DNA of 64,000 bases from Priapulus caudatus. Lineage: Eukaryota. Below, one piece after another: positions 1 through 13,542 of the stretch; within the stretch, counting starts at the first letter, position 1; each line of letters opens with the position of its first letter. The notes under the pieces are model-generated. The model did not search any database. It saw only the letters and a program-made list of their open reading frames with translations, and was not told where the DNA came from. The translations under genes were made by a program, and so were the position numbers. The stretch covers positions 909,115-973,114 of the forward strand of contig NW_014577078.1 in the NCBI RefSeq assembly GCF_000485595.1. The letters are read 5' to 3'.

Positions 1-395
1 CCGAGCGCGCGTGCGTCCACGGCAGGCAGGCAGGCAAGCAGCGAGCGCTCTTCTCCCTGCCGCCAGTATTGAGCGAGTGCGTAGCCAGAGCAGATGCCGA
101 CAGCTACCATATGGTGGCCGTGTTTCCCCGATTCTGACCCTCTCCTTGCAGTTACCGGCTAGGAAAGCTCGGCCTGAGGCCCGCGGACTGTCGGCGCACG
201 TGTCACCGTGTGTCGCTTCGATTTTGGCGGCAACTGGATACGCGTGAATTCGGCGCGACGGTGTCAGTGTCGAATAGCGTGTTCCCGCGTGCGAGAGTGT
301 TATGTTTACTGCTGCGAGGTTTGTTTGTTGTTAGCGACGAAGGTGCCGACGAAGGACCCACGTCCGCGTCTAACGGCAGAGCGGACGCTGTGAGT
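1..395 (+). promoter_or_regulatory. GC/CpG-rich segment, candidate LARP4 promoter / non-coding first exon
   Basis: Visibly CpG-dense compared with downstream DNA and ends in a donor-like GCT|gtgagt at 389/390; lies upstream of LARP4. Inference only. Confidence 0.4.
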
Positions 396-1648
396 GTGAT
401 CTAAACGCTTGCGAACTCGGAAAATGCCTGTTTTGCGGTTCCATATGGTTCACGGTGGAGACAGAACATCAGCGCCTAGCAGTGTTAGCATGAGCGTGAT
501 CTGTGACATTGAGGTGCCTCTGTTAATCAATACTATTGCACAAGCGTAGGAACTGTGAAAACGTATGTTGTGCTCGTGTGAATAATCACGGGAATGTGTA
601 AGGTATTTGATATAGAGACTGACATACTGCAACTGAATTGAAGCATCTGCGAAAATTTGCCTGTCGTTTCCATGGCAACAAACTTACTGCGTGATGGTGT
701 TGCTAACCGTTGAGGTGGGTCACGCAGCACATCACAAGATGTGAGAGACACATTGCCAGCTCGTGCTTGTAGGTGTAGATTTGTAGTGCAGTGTAGTGAA
801 ATTGGACAGCTGGTGATAAATCAGCCAAGAAACTGACGACCGTATTTAAACAGGTATCCGCAGTGGCAAGGAATTTTAACAAGCGGTAAGACAATTAGAA
901 TGGAGATTGTGCCGGTCATACTCATTTTTGGCATTTGGTAAAAAAAACGTTAAACTCATCGTCGGATAGTTTATAACTTGGGTAATGTTAAAGTTAAGTA
1001 ATTTTGTCAATAATAGTATTTTTGCATTCGTGTGGAATTTCATCACCCTCCCCCTCACTAATCCAGTAGAGAGGTTTACTTCGTGTAATTAGCAATTGGA
1101 ATTCAGCCGTGCCAGATTTTATTAAATGCGTTATTGAAATATCTATAAATATGCCGTCATATACCGTTTACGCTTACCAGCAAGAGCACAAGTATCCGTT
1201 ACAATTAAAAATATATATATATGTATTTCTCTACTGAGATTCCTTTATAAAGGAATGCTTGCGATATTATATTTATGTGAGCTGCATGTACAGCACGAGG
1301 CTGGAGAGAGGAGCAGATCATCTGAAAGGCAGCCAGTTGAAGCACGACCAGTCATGTATTGCTTGCTACGGATTCCTTCATATAAACGCTGCAGTAATTA
1401 ATGTGGAAATTACCGCAACACTTATAATATTACGCATCAGGTATAACCAGATTACTTATGCCGAAATTTGGGACATCGCTATTATTTGAATTTAGTAGGT
1501 TTCCATTATGTAATTTTGGTGATTAGTCATGGTATCTGTTCGTACAGGGTTTGGAGTCTACAGGGTTTAGAGTAGGAACTTGTAGTTTAATTCGGAACGG
1601 AACCTGCATGTAGCTGAAGTAGGTAGCTGAAGTGTTGCGTGATGCTAT

Positions 1649-1717
1649 CAAGAGCTAATAATACCTTATTAAAGGTATACCTTTAAGGTATACCTTAAAA
1701 GGTATTATTAGCTCTTG
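1649..1717. mobile_element. 69-bp palindromic mini-MITE with 7-bp TSD
   Basis: TIR CAAGAGCTAATAATACCTT / AAGGTATTATTAGCTCTTG; flanked by ATGCTAT at 1642-1648 and 1718-1724. Confidence 0.8.
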
Positions 1718-4671
1718 ATGCTATGCAGTTTGGTCACTAAATTAGTGAGGTGTGCACGCATGATGCGCAGTCATTTCTGCGCATCGCATACACCTTGTAT
1801 GCAAGAAGCAGGCATAGTAAAGGGGCATTCTATGCGGCCATACTGTAAATATTGCCCAGTTTAATTTTTTAAATGTTGGTTTTATTGAACGTACGTATGC
1901 GCATGCTGTGCGTGCAATAAAGTGACATTTTGAAGTGAGTTTTTCGGCTACTTACCGTACACCTACCCGGCGTATGGCGATGCATCAGGTTACTACAAGA
2001 ATAAAATCTTTCAAGGGTGGCCATGTTTCTCCCATGGAATTTCCCATGGTTTCTCTCGTAGATTGGTTCGCTGTCCTTAGATATAGTGTGGGGGCTATGC
2101 GGTGTAGGAAATACTAGAGGAGACGTTTCTGTCTAGCCATTTACTTTCTATTTAGCAGCGCAATTAGTGCAATTTTGGCAGCAGAAGCAGATGCTTTAAC
2201 TTCAGCTGCATTTTCAGTTAATTAATGCTTTGTCAGATCAAATGTTGCTACCCTAAAAAACCAATGTCTAGGCTCATACTGCATGCAGTATTATACTTAG
2301 AACCTTCACCTAGTGTAGCTGTATAAAATTACTGGTTGCCTGATCGTTAGCATCATTAATAATATTCAGTAGCAATGCAATCTTGATTTGAGTCTGTAAA
2401 AAAGAGCAATTCACCAGTATTTAGGCTTGTTTAGGTCAGGTCTGTTCATAAACATTGTGGTAATTTCTAGTGATTATGTATGGGGTTGATTGATGCTTTG
2501 ATTATAATATCAACTTTGGAAATCTGCCTCACACTTTGGGCTAGGACGATTGAAAAACGACGTGTTTTAAGTGACCAGTTCAGCATCACATCCGTCAACA
2601 GTGATGAATGGGTCGGCATGCACATGAATAATTTTGTGCCCCACTATATTATACCATTCCTATTTATAATTAAAGAAACAAGCGATTAATGCAAAAATTC
2701 AAGTAGCATTAGGGAAGGAAGATTTTTGTTAAATCGGTTAAATGATGTAGTACATTATTGCGCCATATATCCAGTTGGCTTATACTGGGGAGGCGACTGA
2801 CTATTAGCTCTAGTTTGTGGAAATCAAATTTCGGGCTGGCTGGCTCCAAGTGGCTTGAGTTCCTCACCGCATATTTCCCTACTGGCCAGAATTTACTACT
2901 TCTGCTGATCCGTCTGTTAGCTGACGCGAAATGGAATCTCCGCATGCTGCGGGATCGTCGCCCGATTCGAAGCTCTGACCAACATAGCCGGGGGTCTGTA
3001 ACGTTGTCGCGTTGTCATTACAGATCCCATTACTTTGTAACAGGTTGGCATGGGAGGCGCAGTGGTTGATAAACAGTCGTGATTGTGGAAGAAAATGAAA
3101 TAGCGCTGAGTCACTGCGCAAGCGTGTGGCACTAGCCTAACGAGTGGGACAGACGGTGGTGGCCGAAGACCAGACACACACAAAGCACAAGTGGCCGCGC
3201 GACGACAGAATTTGCAGGTCAATCTGAACTCGCGAATAATTGTCGTGCAGGCGTGGCTGACGCAAGCCGACCCCGTGTTTACGCGCGACCACCATCACGA
3301 GTGTAGCGCGCCGGGGTTGGCTACCTACCTACACACGGTGGGGCTGGCTACCTACCTACACACGGTGGCCTAGCGAGGGACGGCTGTTGACGCATATAGC
3401 AGCACCGTTAGTTGCCAGCGCCGTCGGCGAGCGCCGCGGATGCGCGCTAGTGTGAATTAGTAGCGCTTCCGGCGCCTGCAAGCCGCCGCTCCGATCTCGA
3501 TATACGCTCGCTGCGCGGTTGCCTGACGACCAGAGCATCCGCGTGAACCTAACGACGCCAGTGTCATCGCGAAGCCCAGCGTTGTCACGGACGTGGCGGA
3601 TGCGAATTCATACGTGACGAGGTCGCTGCTCGTGTTTGTAGACCACGCGGTGCCCTGTCGCACGTGTATATACCGCGTGACTAATGCGTGCTTGAGTGCG
3701 GCTCGCTTCTCCCCATTCCCCCCAAGCACCAGCGGTCACCGCGTTCAGCTAGTTATTGATCATATGGTTGTGAGAAGATTTTACTTTCACTAGCTGTTTA
3801 GATCACTTAGTACCAAAGAAAGAGCTCAGGGGTAAAGTTAACATTGCATATGATAATGCGTATGTAGATATCACTCGGCAGAGCAGAGAACACGAGAGTC
3901 GGGACATATTGCTCGCATAAATTCCAGCGTAAGAACGCGAGAGAGAAGACAGTCGGCGATGGTGTGATTGGAGGAACCTGTAATGTTACCAGAAATCTAT
4001 CGTGTTATAGAGTCTGCAGGCAGTCACTCTTCTAAATTAACATTATAGACACATAGATGTATATATGAATATATAAATACAAAAAAGTCTAAAAGTATAT
4101 AAGAAATATAAGGATATTATACTATAATTATAAAGATATAAATATAAAAGATATATAATATATATGTATTCTATATTCAAAAGATTTTAATATTATATTT
4201 AATTTACAACAGATATTTTATAATAGAGAATCCCTGGATATAATCTTGCCACCAGTAACGGACTGTAGTTAGGTGCGCAATTGAAATCCAGCTAGTACGT
4301 ACACGTTGTTAGGTGTGTAAACGTAAAATTTTATTCATAAAAACGAAACTTACTCCCCAGCTAGTACATGTTGTAAGGGGTGCAAGTGTAATTAATTTGA
4401 CACTTGATCTCGGCTAGTACCTGTTGTTAGGTGGGCAAGTTTATCCATTCTGAGATTTAGCACCAGGTAATACCCATTATTAGGAGTACAGGCGATTTAG
4501 TTTTGAACCACGCCCACAGAAAGTACCTGCTGTTAGGTGTGCTAGTGGGGTTTCCTCTGAGACTCGCCACAGTCTCTGTATTAAAAGCGCACGCTGGTGT
4601 TGAACCGGCATACCACCAAGCTGGTGCTGCATCGCAAACCCACCACTCTGGAGTGCAGCGGGGAAGAGCCT

Positions 4672-4902
4672 ATGAAGTGTGCACCATGCTCTAGGCCGAC
4701 CAGTCTTCCATTGTCGGTCGCCGTGGATACGATCGGGAAGGTGACTCTGAAGCGCACACTGCGTGCTTCTTTTGGGGGTGCACACTCCGCCAGCAGCCCC
4801 ATGCTGGAGAAGGCAGTGTCCCCCATAGAAGACCTCTTCCAGCCTGGCAGTGTGTACGTCTACTGCACAAACCTCAGCCCGAGATGCTACGTCATCAAAA
4901 AG
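4672..4902 (+). CDS. LARP4: Candidate LARP4 first coding exon (77 aa, MKCAPCSRP...PRCYVIKK)
   Basis: ATG at 4672, open frame to AAG|gtagga donor (phase 0), matching the phase-0 acceptor at 16995; possible acceptor ccacag| at 4572. No recognised homology. Confidence 0.5.
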
Positions 4903-6153
4903 GTAGGATCGGTGTCGTGTGCAATGTTTACAGTTATATGATCGGAGGCTGGTCGGCGGAGTTAAAGGATAGTCTCCATCCACATTGTTAGGGCAGGTTG
5001 ATGATCGTTATTGGGCGGGAAGAAGGTGTGTGTGTGGGGGGGGGGGTGCTATCAGTAAATCTGGTCATTTCTGTTGAATCACAATGACCAGCTGGCTACC
5101 TGTCTAATTGACTGATACTGATACTGATAGTAATATCTTGCAAGCCAATGCCTACTCTGGCAGTCGTTAGGTTTATTGATTTTGCTCAGACGAGCAAACA
5201 CGCTTCTTGGCTTTGTTGCGCATCATTCAGATGGTATCCATTGTGATGGTGTTAAATAATAGAATACCAGGACATGGTGTCAACAGCCATGCTGTAAGCA
5301 TTGTTTGACCTGACTGTATATTGCAGGAAAATATTGATGTCAGACGTACTTGTTAATTCACACTGTGATAGTACAATGTAAACTACACCATATGGGATGT
5401 AGTATCGTTTGCTCAAAAAGGCCCACAGTACGGTTGGAAGGCAACTTGAACCAAAATCAAGTGGCTTTTAAGGCCACAGTTGTGATGAATATAGTTCTGT
5501 TCTAATAATTCTGTTTTTAGTACACAGACCTATAATCGTGACATTAAGGCGATGTCTCTTAATAAAGCATCGCCTTTAAAACGATGTATGTATTAGCAAT
5601 CACATCAGTGCTTCAGTGATGAGTAGCCTATAGTAAGAATATTGACATTGGATAAGCAATGGAACGTGTGCTCGCTAGTGACTCCTGGTCAGTTGCTGCA
5701 CTTGGCACTGTTAGATGATAATTTGATAGCGATTATGCTGTGCACAGACGGTGACAAGACCCATTTTGGAATCCATTTTGGATCCATTTTGGATCATTTG
5801 GAATTCATTTTGGATTGTGAATTTTGAATTCTGAATTTGAATTTTCATTTTGAATTTTCATTTTGAATTTGGAACGTTAAAATTCTGCAAAAATGTTTTA
5901 ATATGGATGGTCCGATAAAATGGTGACACGAGTTGGGATTTACAAAAGCCGTTGCAAACGGTTTTGCGCACAGGCACTTGGGACAGAGTCAGTAAAAACT
6001 GAAAATAATATGAACGCACATTCACAATTAATACTACCCCTCAATTACACTTCCACTGTTGTGTCACTGTATATCAATTTGCTTTCACAAAAACTAATGC
6101 AGAACTAGCCGCTCCCGCACTCGCCGCTTCGAGTGTGCGGTGTCGCCATTGTA

Positions 6154-6199
<46 letters not shown>

Positions 6200-6479
6200 A
6201 AGGTGGGAAATTCTCTTACACGATTTTCGGCAACCGACGCGGGGCCATTCGGACTCGTGAACGGTATACATTTCTGCAGAATGTGAAAGAACCGCCAAAC
6301 TTTTGAGTTTGAAGTCACATTACAAAGGACTGTCGCACTTATCGGCCACGGTAGTTACATAGTTTATAACGTAATTTAGTACATAAAAAGTGGAGGTCGA
6401 GGAGGCGTGAAAAGTTTGTGAAATGTGAAAGAAGCGAGGAGTGATCGACGAAAATCGCGTAAGAGAGTTTCCCACCTTC

Positions 6480-6548
<69 letters not shown>

Positions 6549-9500
6549 AAGGTGGGAAATTCTCTTACACCATTTTCGGCAACCAACGCGGGGCCATTCG
6601 GACTCGTGAACGGTATACATTTCTGCAGAATGTGAAAGAACCGCCAAACTTCTGAGTTTGAAGTCACATTACAAAGGACTGTTGCACTTATCGGCCACGG
6701 TAGTTACATAGTTCTGTTCAGTGGACTATAGTGGGCAGAACGAGCCAAAAATGGAGGTCGAGGAGGCGTGAAAAGTTTGTGAAATGTGTAAGAAGCGAGG
6801 AGTGATCGAAGAAAATCGCGTAAGAGAGTTTCCTGCACCTTCTATATATATATGACTACAATGGCGACACAGCACACTCGAAGCGGCGAGTGCGGGAGCG
6901 GCTAGTTCTGCATTAATTAGTTTTTGTGAAAGCAAGTTGATATACAGTGACACAACAGTGGAAGTGTAATTGAGGGGTAGTATTTGGGAATGTGCGTTCA
7001 TATTATTTTAAATTTTTACTGACTGTCCCATTTCCACGGCAATGCACCACTGCATGGCCTGGTGGGAGTGGATCAGTGGATCTGGTGGCAGATATGGTGG
7101 CCTAGCTGCAGGGGCCAGATTGCGTACCCGTTGGCCTGGTGGTTTTGCGTACTGGTTCACGGTTTCAGTGTTTTAGTGTTTCGGCGATGTACGCATACCA
7201 TGAGTGTATACATATGTGCCACGGTTACTTGTGCAGAATTTGCAAGTATACAAATTAAATTACATAATTGCCATAAGGTGTGAGTGATCTAGAGTAAAGG
7301 AGACCTGTTTTCCCGAACATGTAACACCTTAATCACCGGTTAAAGTCACCGGATAGGTAGCAGGAACAGATTCGCTGAACATGTATTAATCCGCTTTACG
7401 TGCATGGTAGGCTAAATAATAATTGCCACCTGCATTGCAAGGTGACAGTGCGTGGGAGTGGATACATCATTATTACCTGTATTGTAAGCATGGTGGTGAC
7501 AGTGGATAGGAGTCGGTATATATNNNNNNNNNNAATATATATATATTAATACATATATATATATATATGATTGTTGGCTGCATTGCGGGGATGGTGGCGT
7601 GACTATACTTGGGGGATCGAGTATTCATTAACTTGATGACATGCCAATTGCAGTGACGTGACAACGACATGAAACGACATAATACGGCAACGACATGACA
7701 GTCAATTGGCTGGCTTGTATCATAGCTACGATGAATCGTTGGTGGTATACGTGTCAGTGGAATTAAAAGTGTGCTGTATATAGGGCTGCTACACATATGG
7801 CGTATAAGTGCAGGACTGTAGCTATATATCGCCACACTCGCACATAAAAGATGGATATATACATTAAAACTATATGGGAATTGTTAATTCATTCCAAATT
7901 ATTAATTCATGCCTATTTTCTTTACAATTTTATCATGCAGCATATTTTTTATTTTATAATTCCCTGCATTAATGTGATTAGTGTAAAGTCCTCTACTCTA
8001 GCTATCATGATGACATAATTTGATGGAACAAATAATTTAAAATATGTCGTTATCATGGGTAAAATCCTACTAAACTAATCGATGATCTATAACTAGCTTC
8101 TGGTATTTTGGCACTAGTTGCCAATAATGTCTACCCTCCTCACCCCACCCTCCCCAAGCGAAGAGGCAGCAGAGGTGATGGCATTGCCCATGAATCAAAA
8201 CAAAAATGCATCGACAAATTTCTAAATAAATTTTCAATGTGTTTTTCATTAATGTAAAAAGTAAATATGAGTATTTACCAAGAATGATGCCTATGCGATA
8301 TATGTGAAGTATTACGTTTGTGTGCTACAGTTTTGTTATCGTCTAGTATAAATACTGATTGCATTCGCCATATAGAGTGATATTATATTGCTAGTGTCTT
8401 AATCCATATGGATGAGTTATATACGTCAATATCATACATTGCCTGTCATACGTCTAATATTTATTCCTCTGTGGATGGAAGAAAATTGAGTTCGTAATCA
8501 GTATACCTCTGAGGTTTCTGTTAACTTCATGGCTATGCTCAGGCTGCCCTTATTCTTACACACAATTTGCACACAAGAATTTAGTATGGTTACTATACTT
8601 TTTGCGTGCATAGAATTAAAATTAGCAATACAATAGTAATGAAGTTAAGAATGTATAATACGTATTAATTAATAGATTAATTAATGATGTAGTAATACAT
8701 ATAAAGTGTAAACATAATTATTCACATTCTGGAATAGACTGAGCCGGGGTTATCGACATTACGGTTTGTTTAACCATTGGCATATTAATCACACGTTCTG
8801 TCGTTTACTAACATAATAAAACAATTAATAACCCTTTTAGTATAGCATTTGTTTTATCAATCTACTCTATCAATCTATTCTGCTCCATGAAAGAAGAGAA
8901 TCACGTCTGATAGCACCTAAAAAAGCACGGGAATTGAAATTAGTACATAGAAATGGCTTCTCAAGTTCAGTTCTGGAGAAAATGTATTGCACGCAACATC
9001 GTCCATGGTATCAAGTGATCCAATTTACCTCGACAAAAATTCAAAAAGACAAAAAGCTTCGCTGCATGACGCTCTACGGGGCGGAAGCAGTGACATTTTA
9101 TAGCTAATGACGATTGGCATGTGGGTGAAATTATTATTTTTTTTGACAGTGTGTGTTTTATCATAGAACAAGACCCTCACAGTACGAGGTAGCACTAGCA
9201 GCGCCATTACGCTATTTCATCCATATGTTAGTTATGAATAGCCTACTATAGGCGAGAAAGGTAATGGATTTTCGTGCCGGAGAGACTGGACACGTGAATG
9301 CTGCTGATGCGTGGAGAGGCACGTGGGTTGATCGTTGGTGTGGGTGTGTAGGAAACAAGACTGATGACCCAGCAGCAGCAGTGTGTTCGTGCGCGTGGGT
9401 GTGTGAGTCCTGCGGGTTGTAAGTGACATGAGCACTTTAATACCAGCAGCGAGGCAGGCTGGAGAATCCATGAATGAAATCTGCTGAATGATGGAGGCAT

Positions 9501-12500
9501 GTGGGCAGGGAGGCTGGCCTGTCACGTGTCGCATTGCTAGTATTGATCCGCTATCAGAATGGCTGGCGGATCAATACCTGCTGTGCGTGCGTGGGTGATG
9601 TTCTCCCTCGTGGGTGTGTGTGTGTGCTTGCGTGCGTGCGTGCGTGCGTGTGCTTTGCCGTGCGGCAGTGCGTGCGTGGCCGTGCGTGCGTTGTGGTGCC
9701 TAGCGTCTTATGCGTGGCCGCGGGCGGGAGTCCGCCCCGGTGCGCGCGGCAGAGATGTTTTGTTTTTCAAGGTGTGTGCCATGTGGCCACGTGGTATGCG
9801 CATGCGAGCGTGCGTATACGTGCTTGGATGCTGCCTAGTGGCCGCTTACAAGTATGGTGGGTGTATATAGGATGGACGATGATGTTTTATGTTGAGGGGC
9901 ATGCGGGCGCGTAGGTGGCGTGTCGCAATAGCAACAGCTTAATAGAAATTGCGCATTTTGACCTTTAACTACTTACTGCAGCAGCCCCCGTGTATTACCG
10001 TTAAATGGTCATTTATCGGCAGCTGCTGGTCAAAAGACTGCCTCCTACACACCTATAATTGATTTACAGATATTAGTTTTATGAGAGCCAGAGGGCAGCA
10101 CCCTTACGATAGCGCCTGTCTGGTGTTTTGAGGTCATACCTGTTTTTTCTTCGTTTACGGAAGCGAACTCTAGTGATTACGATAATAGAGATTCAGGTCC
10201 ATATTAAAGTCTCGACGTCGCGAAAATCTACTGTATTCCTTATCTGGATTTTTGTAGCAAATGTTTGATGAAATAGCGGTAAAAATGATAGAAAATATTG
10301 ATAAAAGACTGTGCTGCTATCTCGTATTATAATGCGCATATATATATTCAGGTGCTATAACGTATCACTAAAATGAAACCCGTCAACATGGCAACTGTCG
10401 TTAGATATATACGCATGTAGTGTACGGGCTGTCGAAGCGCCTGGATATACGAATGTTCTTTTTGTTAAAGTGTAATTTACTCTTAGGTAACACTTAAAGT
10501 ATTTAGTTACGTAATTAACAGACATGGTCTTCTGAGTATTATTTTTAGATTACCTACATCATTTGATGCCAAAAACAATATTAGTTGCACTAAAACTTGG
10601 CTAAATGTGTTTTCTTGTGATGGAGAAACTGATAGAATGAAAGAGATACTGATAGAAACTGGAGAAGATGATAGATAAAATATTGTTGAGGTGCCTGGAA
10701 TCCGTCAAGAAACTTGAATCATTGTGAGCTCATGCTGTATATATGATTTATGATGGGGCTAACTCAAGTAAGAGACACGTGACGTTAAAGGGCCGGACAC
10801 ACTAGGCGATGGCATCGGGCGATGTAATCGCCCGATTCTATCGCGCGAGTCGAGTGGACACACTAGGCGATTAAATCGGGCGATTTACACGCAGCGTCGT
10901 TGTGCTGAAAAAAAAATACATTGTGATTTCGCGCATTGTGTCTGAGCGCATTGTGTTCACTCTGGTTCAGTCATCAGAAATTATGCATGTGCTTGTTGTT
11001 CATTGGCTGATGAATTGTACAATCGGGCGATGTTATCGCCGGCCGCGGACACACTAGGCGATGGCATCGGCCGATGGCATCGGGCGATAATATCAAAACG
11101 TTTTGATCTGTGCGATGGCATCGGCCGATGAAATCGGCGGCGATTGAGTGGACACACTAGGCGATTTTCACGGCGATTACATCGCCTAGTGTGTCCGGCC
11201 CTTAATAAAGGTATAAACATTTCGTAAATATGTTATATTTCTATAATTTCTATTCTTGATTTTTATTAGCTCTTAGAATTATATTTGTTAGATCTATGTT
11301 AATGGTATGATATAAAATATCTGATATATATGGTATCAAATTATGATAGGTAGCACGATCAAGTTCATATATAAAATTATTCACAAATTTTGCTGTAATA
11401 CTAATAGCAGAATTCTTTTATATTATAAATATGTTTTTTGTGCTATCAATATATGCTAGAATTTTGATACAATTTCCTTATTGCGTAAGTATTGGTATAT
11501 ATATACTTTTTTAACGTAATAGTTGTAATAATTCTCAATGCTATTTTATGTGTAATTACTTTTATATAAGTATGCTTTTACATTTGGTACCGACCTATTT
11601 ATATAAAAATGTTGATGCATTGCAATTTACTTTAATAATGGAATTTAAATAATAAATCTCAGCAGTTATATTCATAATGCTTAAGGTGCTAAAAGATTCA
11701 AAACTACATTTTTTAACTGTATTTAAATGGGTTAATCCTACAAGATATTTTGTTAACAGCAACTTCACCCACCAATTTCCGAGTTTGTTTGGCGATGAAA
11801 AAATATGTATTATCTGTAAACAGACTATAATCACGGGTTTAATAATTCACTAGTGATAAGGTTGGATTTTTTGTTTAGCTCGCATGGTTTCAAGTTTCAA
11901 CCAGAGACTATTCACTATGGTTACGAGAAAACGATGAGTGTTTCAATAGCGCGCCCTAATGATTAGAGAAGTGCACAGCTTCGCCCTCGAGTGCTTCATG
12001 TAGCCATCTGCTGTATGTCTGAACTACATATTGGGCAGTATATATTGAAAAAGCTTTTTTAATAATGCTTCGTAAGATTGCATCTCGCATCGCCTATATA
12101 CCTCTGTTGACACTTGCTGTGTTATAGGAAGGTTTTGATTCGTTGCCTTTGTAACCGCCTGCCACTGACATCAACAGAAGCAATAGAATTTGGGTTGTCA
12201 TAGCAACCAACTGTGCCTCCATGGTCGCTGCAGATTTTTTACAAGCCTGTCTGTAAATTAAAGCCCACGTGCAAAAATCCCACATAAGCAACGTGACAAC
12301 TGTGAGTTAGTAACAGCTGCGAGGATGATGGAGGCAGTGATAATAGCAAGAATGATGGCGATGATGATGAGAATGACGCGCGGCAATGACAGGAATGACT
12401 ATATTGTACTCCGTGAGATTTGTGATTTCGTGCTAATGTCAGAAGCAAGTTTGCAACATATAAGTATACCTAGAGTTGCCTCATTAGTAGCTGATGTCCC

Positions 12501-13499
12501 CAGTCACATTATGGGTGGTATTGAAAGCGATTAAAACAATGGTGCCACTACCACATTTTACCTGTTTTCTGAAACTGGAACATAATAGACTCATAGAGCA
12601 ATTTGATAATTTTTTTATTCTTATATTATAATTTTCACAGTCTTACCCAAGCTTTAGCAAGGAACTAGCCATTAACGTGGAGTATAGGACTTATACGTTA
12701 TATATTCAACATGAGGAAATGTTCCTATTTATGGTCGAATCTTAACCCTTTTCTTGAGTTTGCGAGAGGGAGAAGTTTATCAATTTCACGCGATTTTACT
12801 AAATTTTCACTTGAAGTTTTGAGTGCCATGTAAGTTGCATGTCAGTTGGAATGAAATTGATTAAACTACTTTGCTGTCGTATTGTCATAAAATACGTTTG
12901 TACATGCCATGGTTGGCCAGCTTTTTAGTTCTGCCGACGTTTAATTTTATAGTTGAAGCTGTGGTTGACAGGCAGAACAGGCATGACAGAGATTTACTAC
13001 TAGCGCTAAATAAGCATTTTATCCTAATACGCATAGTACATGTGACCTAGGAACTCTTGCAGTTTCTCGGATTCTGAAATGAAAGCAAAATTGCTGATCG
13101 ACATGCTCTGACTAGCAAACTCTTCAGAACAGAACAAACTTTCAAACTTCATCGAGTTCAGATTCATTTTATGACCAGTCAATGGCGATTAACTGACAAC
13201 CAAGTTCACTACAACTAGCTATGCTATTAGAACTTCAACGCATGGTAAATTGCGGAAATATCTGCATTGCTATCTGAACGACGTTTAGCGAAGGAGATCT
13301 GCGGTCGTATGTCGCAATGTATATATACTGTTCGAGTTCCCCTGCTGTGTGTTACTGTGAGTGTGAGCGCTTCCCGTGATGTACACTTGTACCTTTTGCA
13401 TATGGGTATGAATACGTATACAAAATTACAAATATCTAGACATAATATTACGTGTACACATTTATACATACAGATGTGTAGAAAGACAGTCTCTCTCTG

Positions 13500-13542
<43 letters not shown>

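Noticed and set aside
4266..4546. CRISPR-like repeat-spacer interpretation
   Set aside because: Eukaryotic intron, repeats degenerate and irregularly spaced, no cas genes.
5755..5872. Short tandem ATTTTGGA/ATTTTGAA repeats
   Set aside because: Ordinary low-complexity minisatellite.
6074..6667. Duplicated ORFs with IYIY runs
   Set aside because: Arise from the duplicated unit and (TA)n tracts.
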